NCBI GenBank assembly: GCA_964016885.1
Contig: OZ024755.1
Span: 30,318,001 to 30,382,000 of the forward strand
Reading direction: 5' to 3'
Origin: Eledone cirrhosa
Taxonomy: Eukaryota
Length of the DNA: 64,000 nucleotides
Position 1 is the stretch's first letter. Each line of letters opens with the position of its first letter. The notes beneath the pieces are model-generated. The model was not told where the DNA came from. It saw only the letters and a program-made list of their open reading frames with translations, and did not search any database. Positions 62,901-64,000 of the stretch are shown here, in pieces. The translations under genes were made by a program, and so were the position numbers.

Positions 62901-63187
62901 AGAATTGAAAAATCTATATCGCGAAATATAATCAAATACCAAGATAAATATATATAAATACAAACGAAAATAGATTGCTGTGTACAAAGGGATGTATTGA
63001 TTCCAAAGGAAATAGTCGATTTGTTATACATATATACATACATGCACACATACAACCAAATATACATATACATTAAATTTATTTGTGTGTTTGTTTCTTA
63101 TAAAGTATATACACACACACATATATATATATCTCTATATCTCTCTCTCTATATATATATATACACATATATATATACATACATACA

Positions 63188-63225
63188 TACAGGGTGTCAC
63201 CAAAAAATGTATACACACTTTGATT
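63188..63225 (+). mobile_element. Possible single Tc1/mariner-type terminal inverted repeat
   Basis: TA-CAGGGTGTCACCAAAAAATGTATACACACTTTGA resembles Tc1/mariner TIR starts. No partner end seen. Confidence 0.35.
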
Positions 63226-63307
63226 ACCTGTACAGGCAATATTTATTACAATGCTGTTGAAGTAAGTATATATTTTGGGGGGGACATGCCCTATATATAT
63301 ATATATA

Positions 63308-63432
63308 GTAATAATAAATTTGAAGACTAAAATCCAAAGAGGGCTCGATAAGGATAAGTATATATCAGAAGATCCCATTAAGGGTGAAAGCCGCGATTCT
63401 TTGCTTAAACTTTAATCTGTTATTTTAATAAA
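63308..63432 (+). repeat. Short TA-flanked dispersed repeat (second copy at 52368-52492) with a decayed HHR-like motif
   Basis: Shared GAAGACTAAAA.C..AAGAGGGCTCGATAAGGATAA...CTTTGCTTAAACTTTAATCT. Motif CAGAAGA-TCCC/GGGT-GAAA at 63366-63389. Confidence 0.6.
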
Positions 63433-63831
63433 TATATATATGTGTGTGTGTGTGTGTGTGTATGTGTGTATATGTATGTGTGTGTGTATGTAAAACAAGT
63501 TTCTGAAAAGTGATTAGAGAGAAAGTTAGTAAAAGAAAAAAAAAAAGATATCTATGAGGCAGAATCATAAAAAAAAATTAAAATCATGGCCTGAGCAAAA
63601 GAAGGCTAAGGGTAGTTCCTCATTTTCATATACCTCTAAATCTATATCAGACAGCTGTTTCTTCTCGTTGTTAGAATATTACTTTGATGAGAAAAAGCAA
63701 CTATGAAATTATTACATGAAATTATGTAATATAGATTTACTTATATTTATGTACATTTGCAGATATGTATGTATTTATGTATATAGTATTTATGTATATA
63801 GTATGTATGTATGTATATATGTATGTATGTA

Positions 63832-63902
<71 letters not shown>

Positions 63903-63913
63903 GTATGTATGTA

Positions 63914-63958
<45 letters not shown>

Positions 63959-64000
63959 GTGTATGTATGTACCTATATATATATATGTATATATATGTAT

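Overview
Eukaryotic, very AT-rich non-coding DNA. The SINE/LINE/microsatellite landscape looks cephalopod (Octopus-like; this is an inference). I find no well-supported host protein-coding gene: nearly all long ORFs in the track are translated (TA)n/(CA)n/(GAA)n or minisatellite repeats. The main signal is catalytic RNA. (1) Positions 6-3569 are about 7.6 apparently identical head-to-tail copies of a structured 467-bp unit, each with a type I hammerhead ribozyme (HHR), which is the layout of a non-LTR retrozyme that could yield circular RNA. (2) A diverged relative forms a ~436-bp-period dimer on the minus strand at ~59.35-60.02 kb. It keeps the HHR, its flanks and an ATGCAAAT octamer ~90-100 nt upstream of the core. 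(3) At least 8 further complete or near-complete type I HHRs lie in short cassettes between (TA)n tracts, often as inverted hairpins typical of Penelope-like element (PLE) ends. One hairpin encloses a Penelope GIY-YIG C-terminus, and several HHRs use a compensated U3:A8 core. Also present: many tRNA-derived SINEs (one tandemly amplified), an R4/Dong-like LINE in (TAA)n, RTE-type LINE ends (one 5'-inverted, one with three C2H2 fingers), 27-bp and 71-bp minisatellites, and multi-kb TA-derived expansions.
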